Source: Candidatus Limnocylindrales bacterium (GTDB lineage: Bacteria > Moduliflexota > Moduliflexia > Moduliflexales > JAUQPW01). From it: 64,000 bases of DNA. Below the pieces are notes generated by a model that ran no database searches, had not been told where the DNA came from, and saw only the letters and a program-made list of their open reading frames with translations. Within the stretch, counting starts at the first letter, position 1; every line of letters begins with the position of its first letter. Where the stretch lies: the NCBI GenBank assembly GCA_035559535.1, contig DATMBG010000043.1:1-64000 (forward strand), read 5' to 3'. Positions 62,847 through 64,000 of this stretch are shown here, in pieces. The position numbers and the translations under genes were made by a program.

Positions 62847-63770
62847 CTAATCTGTAACCTTCCAGTGCGCTCCCCCATCCGAGCTTTTGAAAACCTTTCC
62901 ATCGCTACTTCCTGCATATAATACCCGGGTTTCAGGGTGAATGACCAGAGTTGTAATGTTGCTTAACCCTTCCCCCACTCGATTCCAACTCCGTCCCTTA
63001 TCCTGGGATTTATAAACCCCATCTTTCATTCCCACGTAGAACACCTGAGGATCTTGGGGATCCAATATAAACGTATAAACCGTTTGGTTTGCAGGTAGAC
63101 CACCCGCTTTGCTCCATCCTCAAAATCAGTCCATGCTTAGATAAAGACCATCGGCTGTCGCAGCTATCAACCAGATTCCTCCCATTCCTGTGGGGACGTT
63201 GGCTACCGTTAGGGTCTTTACATCAGCAGGAGGCCCATCGTCCACCCGTTGCCAACTCGCTCCTCCATCCTTGGATCGGTATAGCCCTTTATCTACTACC
63301 CAGGCATGAAGCCGTTTATCCGTAGGATGAACGGAGAGTCCATGGACATCGCTACTGGGAAGTCCATTTTTAACCGTCTTCCAGCTTATCCCTCCATCGG
63401 TACTCTTAACTACCCACATGTCGTGGCCCGCTGCATACATCACTTGAGGATCTGTCGGATCTAGTACTAAAGCCATAAAGTCAAAGTTTTTAAGATCCCC
63501 TTTGAGATCCAGCTTTTGCCAGGTTTTTCCTTCATCGGTGCTTTTATAAAGTCCATGATGAGTTCCCTTGAAAAGGGTATTATTCTTGGGGTTAAGAACT
63601 AAAACATGGAGATGCTCCATTTCGGTCATCTCCATCCTATGACTTTCAAGTAAGGAGGATTCCTTCTCTTGGGCAGAAACTTCCCTATTGAGAGCCAAGA
63701 AAGAGATCCTTCCTCCAAAAACTGCCATAGTCAACAGGGTCAAGATTAACCACAGATTTTTTCTCATCAT
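62847..63770 (-). CDS. Exported Asp-box (BNR) beta-propeller, predicted selenoprotein with U-F-U motif
   Basis: ORFs 63126-63812 and 62847-63065 share a frame; only TGA 63128-63126 and TGA 63122-63120 interrupt it; SxDxGxxW repeats on both sides; SECIS-like hairpin follows. Confidence 0.8.
63091..63107 (-). promoter_or_regulatory. Putative bacterial SECIS element
   Basis: GCGGGT-GGTCT-ACCTGC stem-loop starting 12 nt after the second TGA. Confidence 0.75.
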
Positions 63771-63860
63771 TTTTTCATATCCTCCCTTATAATTCAGAAA
63801 GCAGTAGGCCATAATGACTGGTCACCTTTCGCCTTCTACCTTCTGTTTTCTGCTTTCTAT

Positions 63861-64000
63861 TTATTGCCAGGTGTTTCCACCATCCTGACTTTTAAGAATG
63901 TTTCCCCTGGCCGTTAAAGCATAAACCCTCCTGGATTCTACAGGATGCCGGGCTAGAGCCAGTATGTCTTCCCTAACCCCTTCTACAGGACTCCAGCTTA
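63861..64000 (-). CDS. 3' end of another Asp-box beta-propeller protein (partial)
   Basis: SWSPVEGVREDILALARHP..ILKSQDGGNTWQ-stop. Confidence 0.75.
   Translation of the reverse strand, partial: SWSPVEGVREDILALARHPVESRRVYALTARGNILKSQDGGNTWQ

Noticed and set aside
63120-63128. Nonsense pseudogene or alternative genetic code as the explanation for the two TGAs
   Set aside because: TGA is a normal stop elsewhere (e.g. tig and the GGDEF-EAL gene), the downstream frame is intact and a SECIS-like hairpin is correctly placed; a pseudogene is not fully excluded without homologues
52657-64000. Integrative element at tRNA-Gly
   Set aside because: No integrase or att repeat in the window

Overview
Bacterial chromosome window mixing housekeeping blocks with accessory genes. 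Housekeeping: selA, gmhA, engB-clpX-clpP-tig, six tRNAs, nadE, rdgB, acs, recO, glyQ and a futalosine menaquinone operon (mqnD-mqnE-mqnA-mqnC plus a deaminase). Three things stand out. (1) An exported Asp-box beta-propeller gene (62847-63770, minus), split in the ORF track, reads as one frame through two in-frame TGA codons (D-U-F-U-G-W) followed by an fdhF-like SECIS hairpin. It is a candidate new U-x-U selenoprotein in a copper/thiol-redox cluster, and selA lies in the same window. (2) A four-gene ubiquitin-like conjugation operon (Ubl, E2-like, JAB, E1) sits between recO and glyQ. (3) An operon has two HflC and two HflK paralogues, one HflK fused to a DUF318/SO_0444-type permease, plus an exported acetamidase/formamidase. 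The window also has several pseudogene remnants, a DnaA-box triplet, two long structured leaders and many REP-like and short tandem inverted repeats. All calls come from motif recognition by eye; no searches were run.
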